NCBI GenBank assembly: GCA_018712515.1
Contig: DVGW01000050.1
Span: forward strand, 1,119-65,118
DNA length: 64,000 nucleotides
Source: Candidatus Aphodovivens avicola
GTDB taxonomy: Bacteria; Actinomycetota; Coriobacteriia; Coriobacteriales; Eggerthellaceae
Direction of reading: 5' to 3'
A program made the position numbers and the translations under genes. Every line of letters begins with the position of its first letter. Positions within the stretch are counted from its first letter, which is position 1. Shown here piece after piece: positions 43,300 through 53,663 of the stretch. The notes beneath the pieces are model-generated. The model was not told the DNA's origin, made no database searches, and saw nothing but the letters and a program-made list of their open reading frames with translations.

Positions 43300-44622
43300 A
43301 TGGACACTCTCTTCTCTGAAATCGAACAGCAGGCACGCTCGTCCGTGGCGCCGTTGGCGGTGCGGATGCGGCCGCGCACGCTCGACGAGCTGGTCGGGCA
43401 GGACGAGGCGGTGGGGCCGGGCAGCTGGCTGCGCGCCGCCATCGAGCAGGACCGCTTGAGCTCGATCATCCTGTACGGGCCGGCGGGCACGGGCAAGACG
43501 TCGCTCGCCCACGTGATCGCCCAGGCGACCAAGGCGACGTTCGTCGAGGTGTCGGCGATCGGCGGCACGGTGTCCGACCTGCGCCGCGAGATCGACGCCG
43601 CCGAGAAGCGCCTGGCGATGAACGGGTCGCGCACGATCCTGTTCGTGGACGAGATCCACCGCTTCAACCGCAGCCAGCAGGACTCGCTCCTGCACGCGGT
43701 CGAGGATCGCGTCATCGTGCTTGTGGGCGCCACCACCGAAAACCCGTTCTTCGAGGTCAATTCGGCGCTCATCTCGCGCTCGCGCGTGGTCGAGCTGCAC
43801 AGCCTCTCCGATGCGGACATCATGCGCCTCATCGAGCACGCGCTGTCCGACGAGCGCGGGCTGGGCGGGCGCTACCGTCTCACCGACGAGGCGCGCGCCG
43901 CGATCGTCCTGCTCGCGGGCGGCGACGGACGCGCCGCGCTCACCACGTTGGAGCTGGCGGCGGGCATGGTCGAGGAGGGGACGCCGGAGGATCCCGCCGA
44001 GATCGACGAGGGCACGGTCCGCGCGGCGACGCCGCACCGCAGCCTTCCCTACGACAAGAACAAGGACATGCACTACGACGTCATCTCGGCGTTCATCAAG
44101 TCCATGCGCGGAAGCGATCCCGACGCCGCGCTGTACTGGCTCGCCCGCATGATCGACGGCGGCGAGGATCCCAAGTTCATCGCGCGGCGCATGTTCATCG
44201 CGGCGTCCGAGGACATCGGCAACGCCGATCCGCAGGCGCTGCTCGTCGCGGAGGCGGCGTTCCGCTCGGCTGAGGTGATCGGCTATCCCGAATGCCGCAT
44301 CAACCTGGCCCAGGCGGCGATCTACCTGGCGCTCGCCCCCAAGAGCAACGCCGCCGAGGCGGGCATCGACGCCGCGCTGCGCGAGGTGCGCAACGGCCCC
44401 GCACGCGCCGTCCCGGACCACCTGCGCGACCGCCATCGTCCCGGTTCTAACGATTACGGCGCCTACCTGTACCCCCACGACTACCCCGGAGGCTGGGTGG
44501 ATCAGCGCTACCTGCCCGAGGGGCTCGAGCGCGGCTGCTTCTACCGCTCGAGCGATCGCGGCTGGGAGGCGTACCGGGCCGACTCCATCGCGCGCGACCG
44601 CGCCGAACGCGACGGGCGCTGA
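43300..44622 (+). CDS. rarA: Replication-associated recombination protein A
   Basis: Trimmed to ATG 43300. LYGPAGTGKTS and the MgsA C-terminal region. Confidence 0.9.
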   Translation: MDTLFSEIEQQARSSVAPLAVRMRPRTLDELVGQDEAVGPGSWLRAAIEQDRLSSIILYGPAGTGKTSLAHVIAQATKATFVEVSAIGGTVSDLRREIDAAEKRLAMNGSRTILFVDEIHRFNRSQQDSLLHAVEDRVIVLVGATTENPFFEVNSALISRSRVVELHSLSDADIMRLIEHALSDERGLGGRYRLTDEARAAIVLLAGGDGRAALTTLELAAGMVEEGTPEDPAEIDEGTVRAATPHRSLPYDKNKDMHYDVISAFIKSMRGSDPDAALYWLARMIDGGEDPKFIARRMFIAASEDIGNADPQALLVAEAAFRSAEVIGYPECRINLAQAAIYLALAPKSNAAEAGIDAALREVRNGPARAVPDHLRDRHRPGSNDYGAYLYPHDYPGGWVDQRYLPEGLERGCFYRSSDRGWEAYRADSIARDRAERDGR

Positions 44623-44821
44623 TCGCCGGTTTCCTCCGCGCATCGCCGCTCTTGCGCCGCCGCGCACGCCGGGCCGTGCCCATCGCGGGCGTCGCAGATG
44701 GCGGTACGGTGACGATTGCCGTATCCAACAGGCGGTTCGCGCATCGCCCGCTGCGTGAACGTGCTATAGTGATGGCTTCAGGCGGACTCGGAGTTCGCTT
44801 CGGCGGACCAGGAGGTTCATC

Positions 44822-45562
44822 GTGGATTTCAACGAGATCATCGGCACGGCGTTGCCCATCGTCTACGTGGTCGTGGGCATCGTCTTGGTATGGCTCATCG
44901 TCGAGCTGGTGCTGACCGTGCGCCGCACGCGCCAGACGGTCGACGACATCAAAAAGCAGGTCGAGCCCACGCTCGCGCATGTCGAGAGCATCACGGCGTC
45001 GCTCGAGCCGGCGACCAAGAAGATCGATCCCCTGGTCGACCGCGTGTCGTTGACGGTGGACGCCGCCAACCTCGAGATCATGCGCCTCGATCAGATCCTC
45101 GAGGACGTGAGCGAGGTCACTGACACCGTCTCCTCGACGGTGTCGACCGTCGACGCCATCACGAGCGCGCCGATGGATCTTGTCAACAACGTCGCCGGCA
45201 AGGTGCGCGGCGCGTTCCGCTCCCGCGGGGCGAGCGAGGAGTCGATGGCGCTGGGCGACCAGAAGGCCGAGGCTGCGCGCGAGGAGCGCGAGGCCCAGGA
45301 GCTCCAGGAGCGCGCCGGCAAGAAGTCGCGCGCGGTCGAGCGCATCGAGCGTGCGAAGCAGGAGTCCCAGCCCGCCGCGGCTTCGCAGGCCGGCGAGGCG
45401 GGCAAGCCCGCCGCGTCCGAACCCGCCCAGGCCCAGGACGGCTACTTCACCTACGGCGCCTCCGCTGCGCCGCAGCCCTCTTCCGACCCTGCCGCCGCCG
45501 CTTCGGATGACGGCGCCCTCTCCGACGACGAGCCGGACGAGGAAGATTTCGCGCGCATCTAG
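44822..45562 (+). CDS. DUF948 domain membrane protein
   Basis: N-terminal TM helix, then a coiled region VRRTRQTVDDIKKQVEPTL... Confidence 0.7.
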   Translation: MDFNEIIGTALPIVYVVVGIVLVWLIVELVLTVRRTRQTVDDIKKQVEPTLAHVESITASLEPATKKIDPLVDRVSLTVDAANLEIMRLDQILEDVSEVTDTVSSTVSTVDAITSAPMDLVNNVAGKVRGAFRSRGASEESMALGDQKAEAAREEREAQELQERAGKKSRAVERIERAKQESQPAAASQAGEAGKPAASEPAQAQDGYFTYGASAAPQPSSDPAAAASDDGALSDDEPDEEDFARI

Positions 45563-45580
45563 GCGCCGGGGTCATACGGT

Positions 45581-46897
45581 ATGCGCGGTCTGGAACTTCC
45601 CGAACTCGATCCCCTCACCCCCGAGGTGCGGCGCCGTGCGCTCAAGGCGCGCCGCCGGTTCCTCGGTGTTTGGACGGCGGTGGGCGCGATCCTGCTCGCC
45701 GCGGTGGTGATCTACCTGCTCAACGTGCTGTCCGCTCCCATGGGCGTGATCATCTGGGCGACCATCATCGTGTTCTGCCTGCGCGGCATCGTCAACGGCC
45801 TCGAGAAGCGCGGCATCAACCGCGGCGTCGGCACCGCCATCGCCTACGTCGTCATGTTCGTCGTGCTCGGGGCGCTGTTCGTCCTGATGTTCTCGCCGGT
45901 GTTCGGCTTCGGCAACCAGTTCGCCAACCTGGTGGAGAGCATCCCCGGCTATGTGCAGAGCGCCATCGACTGGGGCAACGGCATCTACCATCGCTACGCG
46001 AGCCTGTTCGAGAACGAGAGCGTGCGCCAGGGCATCAACGACGTGCTGGCCGCCGTGGGCACGTGGGCGACCGACTTCTTCAGCCAGGGCGCGTCGGGGG
46101 CCATCTCAATCGGCACCGGCGTCGCCAACAGCTTCGTCGCCATCGGCTTCGGTTTGGTGGTGGCGTTCTGGATCCTGATGGAGCTGCCCGCGCTCGGCCG
46201 CGAGTGCAAGCGCCTCGCTGGTCCCAACCGCCAGGAGAACCTCGAGATGCTGCATGTGACGTTCACGCGCGTCATGGGCGGCTACATCAAGGCGACGCTG
46301 ATGCAGTGCGCCATCATCGGCATCGGCTGCGGCATCCTGTTCGCGGTGGCGGGCATCCCCAACTACGCCGCGTTGGGCGTCATCGCCGGCCTGCTCAACA
46401 TCATCCCCGTCGTCGGCCCGTGGCTCGGCGGCGCGCTGGCGGCGATCGTGGGCCTGTTCGTCAGCCCGGTCGCCGTCGTCGTGGCGCTTGTGGGCACCAT
46501 CGCCATCCAGCAGGTCGTCTACACGTTCGTCTCGCCCAAGATCATGGCGGACTCGGTGGACGTGCATCCGGCGCTCACCCTGATCACGTTGCTGGCGGGC
46601 TCCGCCATCGGCGGCGCCATGAGCGGGTTCGTCGGATCGATTTTCGGCATGTTGGTGGCGATTCCCGCCGTGGCGGTGGCCAAGGCGGTTTTCGTGTATT
46701 ATTTCGAGAAGCGCACCGGCCGCCAGCTGGTCGCCGAGGACGGCGTCTTCTTCAAGGGAACGCCTTCGGAGGGCGATCAGGTCGATCCCCTGGGCGACGT
46801 CACCGCGCCTCATCCCGACTCGACGGGGTCGATGCAGCGCATCCAGGAGATCAAGGAGCAGGCCGCAAGCCGCGCCAACCGGCGCCGCCGGCGCTAG
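45581..46897 (+). CDS. AI-2E family transporter (PerM/UPF0118)
   Basis: 438 aa, about 8 TM helices, conserved NIIPVVGPWLGG region. Confidence 0.85.
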   Translation: MRGLELPELDPLTPEVRRRALKARRRFLGVWTAVGAILLAAVVIYLLNVLSAPMGVIIWATIIVFCLRGIVNGLEKRGINRGVGTAIAYVVMFVVLGALFVLMFSPVFGFGNQFANLVESIPGYVQSAIDWGNGIYHRYASLFENESVRQGINDVLAAVGTWATDFFSQGASGAISIGTGVANSFVAIGFGLVVAFWILMELPALGRECKRLAGPNRQENLEMLHVTFTRVMGGYIKATLMQCAIIGIGCGILFAVAGIPNYAALGVIAGLLNIIPVVGPWLGGALAAIVGLFVSPVAVVVALVGTIAIQQVVYTFVSPKIMADSVDVHPALTLITLLAGSAIGGAMSGFVGSIFGMLVAIPAVAVAKAVFVYYFEKRTGRQLVAEDGVFFKGTPSEGDQVDPLGDVTAPHPDSTGSMQRIQEIKEQAASRANRRRRR

Positions 46898-46921
46898 ACG
46901 ATACGGCGCATATGCGTTGCA

Positions 46922-46951
46922 GCCGCCCGGTTCTGGCGACCGGGCGGTTTC
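46922..46951 (+). terminator. Intrinsic terminator after the AI-2E transporter gene
   Basis: GCCGCCCGGT-tctggcg-ACCGGGCGGT followed by TTC. Confidence 0.5.
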
Positions 46952-47050
46952 ATGAAAGGAAACAGCGCACCGCCCGCGCGTGTGCGTGCGAAAAGACGGA
47001 ATGGGAGCCGATGCGGCCCCCGGACAAGGTGAAAAGGCGAGTTTACGAGT

Positions 47051-49690
47051 ATGAAGTACATGACCACGGCGGAGATCCGCGAGAAATACCTCAAGTTCTT
47101 CGAGGAGAAGGGCTGCAAGCGCATGCCGTCCTCCTCGCTTATCCCCGACGACCCCAGCCTGCTGCTCACCAGCGCGGGCATGGTGCAGTTCAAGCCGTAC
47201 TTCCTGCACACCAAGGAGCTCGACCCCGCCTACGTCGGCACCACAACGGTGCAGAAGTGCGTGCGCACCAACGACATCGACATCATCGGCACGACGGGCC
47301 GCCATCTGAGCTTCTTCGAGATGCTGGGCAACTTCAGCTTCGGCAAGTACTTCAAGAAGGAGATGTGCGCCTGGGCGCTCGAGTTCTCCACCGAGGTGCT
47401 GGAGCTTCCGCTCGAGAAGCTGTACTTCACCGTGTTCGAGGACGACGACGAGACCATCGAGATCTGGAAGAGCCTGGGTGTCGCCGAGGATCACATCTCT
47501 CGTCTGGGCGAGGACGACAACTTCTGGCGCGCCGGCCCCACCGGTCCGTGCGGCCCCTGCTCCGAGCTGTACTTCGACCAGGGCCCCGAGGTGGGCTGCG
47601 GCAGCCCCGATTGCAAGCCGGGCTGCGACTGCGACCGCTTCCTGGAGTACTGGAACTGCGTGTTCACCCAGTTCGACGGCCAGGAGGATGGCACGCTCGC
47701 GCCGCTCAAGACGAAGAACATCGACACCGGCATGGGCCTCGAGCGCATCGCGGCCATCATGCAGGGCGTCACGAACAACTACGACACCGACGTGCTGCGC
47801 GGCCTGATCTCGGTCGGCGAGGAGCTGTCGGGCAAGGAGTACAAGACCGACGCCGCGGCGGATCTGTCGCTGCGCATCGTGGCCGACCACAGCCGCTCGG
47901 TCACGTTCATGATCGCCGACGGCATCCTGCCGTCCAACGAGGGCCGCGGCTACGTGTTGCGCCGCCTGCTGCGCCGCGCGGTGATGCACGGCCACAAGCT
48001 GGGCATCGAGGGCCCGTTCCTGAAGAACTACATCGACGCCATCATCGAGAAGATGGGCGCTGTGTATCCCGAGGTCGTCGACAACCGCGAGCTCGTGGAG
48101 CGCGTGGTCCTCTCCGAGGAGGAGCGCTTCGGCGCCACGCTGCGCCAGGGCCAGGCGTACCTGGAGGATGCGCTCGGCAAGCTGGAGGGCACCGTGCTTT
48201 CCGGCGAGGCGGCCTTCACGTTGCATGACACCTACGGCTTCCCGGTCGAGATCACCGAGGAGATCTGCGCCGAGCGCGGCATCACGGTGGATCACGACGG
48301 CTTCGACGCCTGCATGGAGCAGCAGCGCGAGCGCGCCCGCGCCGCCACCAAGGACGACGCCGAGGCCGCTTGGAGCACCTACGGCGGCGTGCACGCCGAC
48401 ATCCTGAAGGAGGTCGGCGCCACGGGATTCGTGGGGTATGAGCACCTCATGTGCGAGACGAAGGTCGCTGCGCTTATCAAGGACGGCGAGCGTGTGGAAT
48501 CGCTTGCCGCGGGCGATGAGGGCGAGATCGTGCTCGTGCGCACCCCGTTCTACGCCGAGATGGGCGGCGAAGTGGGCGACACCGGCAAGATCGCTTCCGT
48601 CAAGGGAGCGGCGATCGACGTGTTCGACACCAAGGCGCCGGAGAAAGGCCTGGTCTGCCACATGGTGAAGGTGGTGGAGGGCTCGATTTCTGTGGGCGAC
48701 GAGGTTGCCGCACAGGTGGATCCCAAGCGCCGCGCCCGCATCACGCGCAACCACACCGCCACGCACATCCTGCACGCGGCGCTGCGCAAGGTGCTCGGCG
48801 ACCACGTGAAGCAGGCCGGCTCCTACGTGGGTCCGGACCGCCTGCGCTTCGACTTCACGCACTTCGAGGCCACGACGCCCGAGCAGCTCGCCGAGATCGA
48901 GCGCGTTGCCAACGAGGAGATCATGGCCGCCATCCCGATGAACATCTACGAGACGTCGCTGGACGAGGCGCGCGCCTCCGGCGTGACGGCGCTGTTCGGC
49001 GAGAAGTACGGCGACACGGTCCGCGTCGTCGAGGCGGGCGCGTTCTCCCGCGAGCTGTGCGGCGGCTGCCATGTGTCCAACACGGCCGAGATCGGCTTCG
49101 TAAAGATCGTCTCCGAGTCGAGCGTCGGCGCCAACCTGCGTCGCATCGAAGCGGTGACCAGCTACGATGCTCTTGAGTACATGAATCGCATGGAGGCGGA
49201 GCTCAAGGAGACCGCCGCCGAGATGAAGGCAAAGCCCTTCGAGGTCGCCGAGCGCGTCAAAGCCAACCTTGCCGCTATCAAGGAGTTCGAGGCCGAGCGC
49301 AAGCGCGCCAAGCAGGCCGCGGCCGAGGGCGACGTTTCCGATCATCTCAAGGACGTCATCGACGCCGCCGCGGGCTACCCGGTGGTCGTCACGCGCATCG
49401 ATGGCCTTGACACCGGCGGCCTGCGCAACGCGTGGGATATCCTGCGCGCCCGCCTGCCCAAGCCGGGCGCCTGCGTCATCGGCACGGTCAACGACGACAA
49501 GCCGGTCATCATGGCGGCGGGCACCGACGAGGCGGTCGCGGCGGGCTTCAACGCCGGCGCGGTCATCAAGTCCATCGCCGGCAACATCAAGGGCGGCGGC
49601 GGCGGAAAGCCGACGATGGCCCAGGCCGGCGGCAAGGACGCCTCCGGCATGGATGCCGCTCTCGAGGCGGCACGCGATCTGCTCAAGTAG
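47051..49690 (+). CDS. alaS: Alanine--tRNA ligase
   Basis: 879 aa. Class II core and the editing-domain motif HTATHILH. Confidence 0.95.
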   Translation: MKYMTTAEIREKYLKFFEEKGCKRMPSSSLIPDDPSLLLTSAGMVQFKPYFLHTKELDPAYVGTTTVQKCVRTNDIDIIGTTGRHLSFFEMLGNFSFGKYFKKEMCAWALEFSTEVLELPLEKLYFTVFEDDDETIEIWKSLGVAEDHISRLGEDDNFWRAGPTGPCGPCSELYFDQGPEVGCGSPDCKPGCDCDRFLEYWNCVFTQFDGQEDGTLAPLKTKNIDTGMGLERIAAIMQGVTNNYDTDVLRGLISVGEELSGKEYKTDAAADLSLRIVADHSRSVTFMIADGILPSNEGRGYVLRRLLRRAVMHGHKLGIEGPFLKNYIDAIIEKMGAVYPEVVDNRELVERVVLSEEERFGATLRQGQAYLEDALGKLEGTVLSGEAAFTLHDTYGFPVEITEEICAERGITVDHDGFDACMEQQRERARAATKDDAEAAWSTYGGVHADILKEVGATGFVGYEHLMCETKVAALIKDGERVESLAAGDEGEIVLVRTPFYAEMGGEVGDTGKIASVKGAAIDVFDTKAPEKGLVCHMVKVVEGSISVGDEVAAQVDPKRRARITRNHTATHILHAALRKVLGDHVKQAGSYVGPDRLRFDFTHFEATTPEQLAEIERVANEEIMAAIPMNIYETSLDEARASGVTALFGEKYGDTVRVVEAGAFSRELCGGCHVSNTAEIGFVKIVSESSVGANLRRIEAVTSYDALEYMNRMEAELKETAAEMKAKPFEVAERVKANLAAIKEFEAERKRAKQAAAEGDVSDHLKDVIDAAAGYPVVVTRIDGLDTGGLRNAWDILRARLPKPGACVIGTVNDDKPVIMAAGTDEAVAAGFNAGAVIKSIAGNIKGGGGGKPTMAQAGGKDASGMDAALEAARDLLK

Positions 49691-49719
49691 TTCCGTCGGT
49701 CTTTCGGCCGACGCAACGA

Positions 49720-49848
49720 GCCGACGCTGCGCGGGATTCTGGCGGCACAGCTGGCGCTCCAAGATTCGCTCACGCACCGAAGTGCGCTTCGCGAATCTTT
49801 CCCGCCATCTGCACTCGCCAGAATCCCGCTGCTGTCTCTACGAACGAC
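49720..49848. repeat. Long-hairpin intergenic element, copy D
   Basis: Near-collinear with copy A. The outer stem GCGGGATTCTGGCG/CGCCAGAATCCCGC replaces GAGGGCCTGCGGCG/CGCCGTAGGCCCTC of copy A, a compensatory change. Confidence 0.8.
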
Positions 49849-49869
49849 CTGCGATAGAAAAGGGATTGG

Positions 49870-50292
49870 ATGCGTATTCTAGCGCTCGACATCGGCGAGG
49901 TGCGCGTGGGGGTGGCGGTGTGCGACCCCGGTGAGCGCGTGGCCTCGCCGGTTTGCGTTCTGCCGGCGGCCGAGGTGCTCGCCTGCGCCAAATCGTTCCG
50001 ACACGTGCTGGAGGACTGGGAGCCCGAGCTTCTGCTGTGCGGGCTGCCCTACACGCTGTCGGGCGAGGAGGGCCCCCAGGCGCAGCGCATCCGCGCGGCG
50101 GCGGACGCGATCAGCGCCGCGTGCGGCATCCCCCACGAGTTCGCCGACGAGCGTCTCAGCTCGTCGGAGGCCAAGCGGAGTTTGCGTGAAAAGGGCCTGA
50201 ACGAGAAGCAGATGCGCGGCAAAGTGGATATGATAGCGGCAAGTATGTTCTTGCAGGCGTGGCTCGATGCCCGCCGTCATTCCGACGCATAA
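49870..50292 (+). CDS. ruvX: Holliday junction resolvase-like RuvX/YqgF
   Basis: MRILALDIGEVRVGVAV. Confidence 0.9.
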   Translation: MRILALDIGEVRVGVAVCDPGERVASPVCVLPAAEVLACAKSFRHVLEDWEPELLLCGLPYTLSGEEGPQAQRIRAAADAISAACGIPHEFADERLSSSEAKRSLREKGLNEKQMRGKVDMIAASMFLQAWLDARRHSDA

Positions 50293-50301
50293 GGAGCGCT
50301 C

Positions 50302-51459
50302 ATGCCTCTGCGAAAAAGGCAGATCACCTACTCGCAGCGACCGAACCACGCTGCCCGTTCGGCGCATGCCCGCGGCGACAAGATGTTCCGCACGTACGAC
50401 ACCAGCTACATCCGCCCCAAGCGCAGCAAGGCGCCCACCATCATCGCGCTCGTCGTCACGCTCGCGGTCGTCGCGCTCGTGATCTTCGGCATCGTCACGC
50501 TGTTCAGGGGCTGCTCCGCGCAGCCGACCCTCGCCGAGGGCCAGACCGTCCAGATCGAGGTCGTGGAGGGTTCGGGCGCCGGCGCCATCGGCGACCAGCT
50601 CGTCGAGGCGGGCGTCATCGGCAAGGCAAGCGAGTTCACCGACGCGGTCAACGCCGCCAACGCCGCCGCGCAGCTCAAGCCCGGCACCTACGAGCTCACC
50701 GGCGGCATGACCGTCGGCGAGCTGGTGACCCTGCTCACGACCGGCCCCAACGTGGTGGGCGAGGGCATGACGATCCCCGAGGGCTACACGCTCGCCCAGA
50801 TCGCCTCGACGGTCGAGCAGTTCACCGGCGGGCGCATCTCCGCTGCCGACTTCACCGCGGCGGCGTCCGACGCCAGCGTGTACGCGGGCGAGTTCCCCTT
50901 CCTCGCCGATGCGGGCTCCAACAGCCTCGAGGGCTACCTGTTCCCCAAGACCTACGAGGTCGCCGACGACGCGACCGCCGACTCCCTCATCCGCCTGATG
51001 CTGCAGCAGTTCCAGGCCGAGACGGCGTCGCTCGACTGGTCCTATCCCGAGAGCATCGGGCTTTCGCGCTACGACGCGGTGAAGCTCGCCTCGATCGTCG
51101 AGAAGGAGTCCAGCGGCGACGCGGAGATCCGCGCGCAGGTGGCGTCGGTGTTCTACAACCGCCTGACCACCGAGGGCGAGCCGACCTACGGCATGCTGCA
51201 AAGCGACGCGACGACCGCCTACGAGGTGGGCCATGACCCGACGCCCGAGGACGTCGCGACGCCGAGCGCCTACAACACCTACACCAACACGGGCCTGACG
51301 CCCACGCCCATCTGCGCCCCCAGCATCGACTGCCTGCAGGCGGTCTGCGCGCCGGCCGAGACGAGCTACTTCTTCTTCTACTTCGAGCCCGACGCGAACG
51401 GCGTGATGCAGTACTACTTCTCGGAGACCTACGACGAGCATATGGCCACTTTCTCGTAA
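50302..51459 (+). CDS. mltG: Endolytic murein transglycosylase MltG (YceG)
   Basis: TM anchor, then the YceG domain YNTYTNTGLTPTPI. Confidence 0.9.
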   Translation: MPLRKRQITYSQRPNHAARSAHARGDKMFRTYDTSYIRPKRSKAPTIIALVVTLAVVALVIFGIVTLFRGCSAQPTLAEGQTVQIEVVEGSGAGAIGDQLVEAGVIGKASEFTDAVNAANAAAQLKPGTYELTGGMTVGELVTLLTTGPNVVGEGMTIPEGYTLAQIASTVEQFTGGRISAADFTAAASDASVYAGEFPFLADAGSNSLEGYLFPKTYEVADDATADSLIRLMLQQFQAETASLDWSYPESIGLSRYDAVKLASIVEKESSGDAEIRAQVASVFYNRLTTEGEPTYGMLQSDATTAYEVGHDPTPEDVATPSAYNTYTNTGLTPTPICAPSIDCLQAVCAPAETSYFFFYFEPDANGVMQYYFSETYDEHMATFS

Positions 51460-51484
51460 TGTCGGCCTGACGGCCGACATTACG

Positions 51485-51520
51485 GGCCGACGCTGCGGCT
51501 GCCTCGCTGACGTATGCTCC
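51485..51520. repeat. Long-hairpin element, copy E (collapsed: termini only)
   Basis: CCGACGCTGCGG-ctgc-CTCGCTGACGTATGCTC directly after the hairpin ATGTCGGCC-tgac-GGCCGACAT. Confidence 0.55.
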
Positions 51521-51599
51521 ACCTGCGAGCAAATTTGCCGCCTTCGGCGGCATTGGGACGCGTGCGGCTTGGAGCAGGGTACTTGCCACGCTTTGCTCG

Positions 51600-52172
51600 A
51601 TGCTTCAAGATAGACCCATTATGCCGTTTCTGAAACCTGACAGATACTTCTCGCGGATCTCGCGCATCGACATCGAGCGCGACCTGGTCGACCGTGGCTT
51701 CAAGTCGGTGCTGATGGATGTGGACAACACCATCCTCACCCGCGACACGCACGAGGTGCCGCGCGACGTGGCGCAGTGGCTCGCCCGCGCGCGCGAGGCG
51801 GGGCTTGCGTTCTGCCTGCTCTCGAACAACTGGCATGAGGGCGTCTACCAGCTCGCCGATCGGCTCGAGCTGCCCATCGTGGCCAAGGCGATCAAGCCTC
51901 TGCCGCCGGCGTTCCTCATGGCGCTGCGCAAGATCGATGCGAAGCGCGCGACCACCGTGGTCATCGGCGACCAGCTCGTCACGGATGTGCTCGGCGCCCA
52001 CTTCCTGGGGATGACGGCGTACATGCTCCAACCGCTGGTCGAGCAGGATCTGCCCCATACGCTGATGCTACGCCACTTCGAGCGCTTGGTGATGGGCAAC
52101 GCGAAACCCGAGGAGGCTCCGCAGACGGCCGCCGCGCCGACCGCCGTGCAGGCTGTGGAAGGCGATCGATGA
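51600..52172 (+). CDS. yqeG: YqeG family HAD-IIIA phosphatase
   Basis: LMDVDNTIL, LLSNN, GDQLVTDV. The start could instead be ATG 51621. Confidence 0.8.
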   Translation: MLQDRPIMPFLKPDRYFSRISRIDIERDLVDRGFKSVLMDVDNTILTRDTHEVPRDVAQWLARAREAGLAFCLLSNNWHEGVYQLADRLELPIVAKAIKPLPPAFLMALRKIDAKRATTVVIGDQLVTDVLGAHFLGMTAYMLQPLVEQDLPHTLMLRHFERLVMGNAKPEEAPQTAAAPTAVQAVEGDR

Positions 52173-53068
52173 TGCGCGAGCGCCATCTCTATCTTCTGGG
52201 CCATCCTGTCGGCCATTCCAAATCCGCGGTGATGTACAACGCGGTGTACGAGGCCGCCGGGCTGCCGTGGCGCTACGAGCTGCTCGACTGCCCGACCGAG
52301 GCGGATGCGCGTGCGGTTTTGGACGGGCGCGCGTTTCTTCAGGTGAACATCACGACGCCCTACAAGCCGCTCGCCTTCGAGATCGCCGACGAGCGCACGG
52401 AGGCGGTCGAGCGCATCGGCGGGGCGAACGTGCTGGTGAACGACGACGGCCGCCTGGTCGCGCACAACACGGACGGCATCGGCTGCGTGGGGTTCCTGAA
52501 GCGCGAGGGGTTCGCCTTCGAGGGCGCCCGCGTGGCGATCTGCGGCACGGGGCCGACGGCGCTCGCCATCCTCACGGCGTGCGCGGAGGCGGATGCGGGC
52601 GAGATCCTGCTGCTGGGCCGCGATGCCGGGCGGGCGCAGGCGGTGCTCGACGGCTGGCTGGCGCGCGGATCGCAGGCAGGCGCCGCGGATCCGCAGGGCG
52701 CTGCGCGCCGCATCTCCGCATCAAGCTACGGAAAGGCGGCGGAGCGCATCGCGCAGGCCGACCTCGTCGTCAACGCGACGCCCCTCGGCATGAACGCGGG
52801 CGATCCCGCTCCGTTCGAGGGATCCCTGCTCCATGCGGGGCAGTGGGCGTTCGACTGCGTGTACGGCCATGGCGAGACCGCGTTCGTGCGCGCCGCCCGC
52901 GAGGCTGGCTGCGTCGTCTACGACGGCGCGGGCATGCTCGTGGGGCAGGCGGTGGCGACCGTGCGCATCGTCGCGCGCGCTGTCGGCGCAGAGGTCGCGA
53001 TCGACGACGACGGCATGTTCGAGATCATGGCCGATGCCGCCGGGTTCGCGCTGTCGCACGCCGGCTGA
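52169..53068 (+). CDS. aroE: Shikimate dehydrogenase
   Basis: LLGHPVGHSKSAVMYNAVY, NITTPYK, GTGPTA. Confidence 0.9.
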   Translation: MMRERHLYLLGHPVGHSKSAVMYNAVYEAAGLPWRYELLDCPTEADARAVLDGRAFLQVNITTPYKPLAFEIADERTEAVERIGGANVLVNDDGRLVAHNTDGIGCVGFLKREGFAFEGARVAICGTGPTALAILTACAEADAGEILLLGRDAGRAQAVLDGWLARGSQAGAADPQGAARRISASSYGKAAERIAQADLVVNATPLGMNAGDPAPFEGSLLHAGQWAFDCVYGHGETAFVRAAREAGCVVYDGAGMLVGQAVATVRIVARAVGAEVAIDDDGMFEIMADAAGFALSHAG

Positions 53069-53147
53069 CGCGGAATTCGGATTCGGAAGGAGCCCGGATC
53101 CCGGCGAATCGCCGGGCGCGTTGCCGGGCGTTTGGGAGGAGCCATCC

Positions 53148-53567
53148 ATGTACGGACTCAAGACGGAGGCGGCGTTCGATTCCGCCCATTTCCTTGCCGA
53201 CTACTACGGAAAATGCGAGAACCTGCACGGCCATCGCTGGCGCGTGGTGGTCTATCTGGAGCAGCCGGAGCTACAGACCGAGGGCACCATGCGCGACATG
53301 GTGCTCGATTTCGGCGTGTTCAAGCGCGCGGTGCGCGCGCTGGCCGAAGAGCTCGACCACACGTTCCTCGTCGAGGAGGGGACGCTCAAGCCCGCCACCG
53401 TCGAGGCGCTCGAGGGCGAGGGGTTCTCGCTCACCGTCCTGCCGTTCCGCACGACGGCGGAGAACCTCGCGCGCTACTTCTGCGACCGCCTGCGCGCGCA
53501 GGATCTCCCCGTCAGCCAGGTGGACATGTACGAGACCCCCAACAACTGCGCCGTCTACCGCCCGTAG
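53148..53567 (+). CDS. queD: 6-carboxytetrahydropterin synthase
   Basis: Trimmed to ATG 53148 (RBS GGGAGGAG). CENLHGHRW motif. Confidence 0.85.
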   Translation: MYGLKTEAAFDSAHFLADYYGKCENLHGHRWRVVVYLEQPELQTEGTMRDMVLDFGVFKRAVRALAEELDHTFLVEEGTLKPATVEALEGEGFSLTVLPFRTTAENLARYFCDRLRAQDLPVSQVDMYETPNNCAVYRP

Positions 53568-53663
53568 CGCGCGCTCCGCTTCCCATCGGCGGCAACACGA
53601 CGGAAACAGCGTCTGGGTTACAATAGCCGACGTATATGCCGCCATCGAGGGAAAGCGACGCAC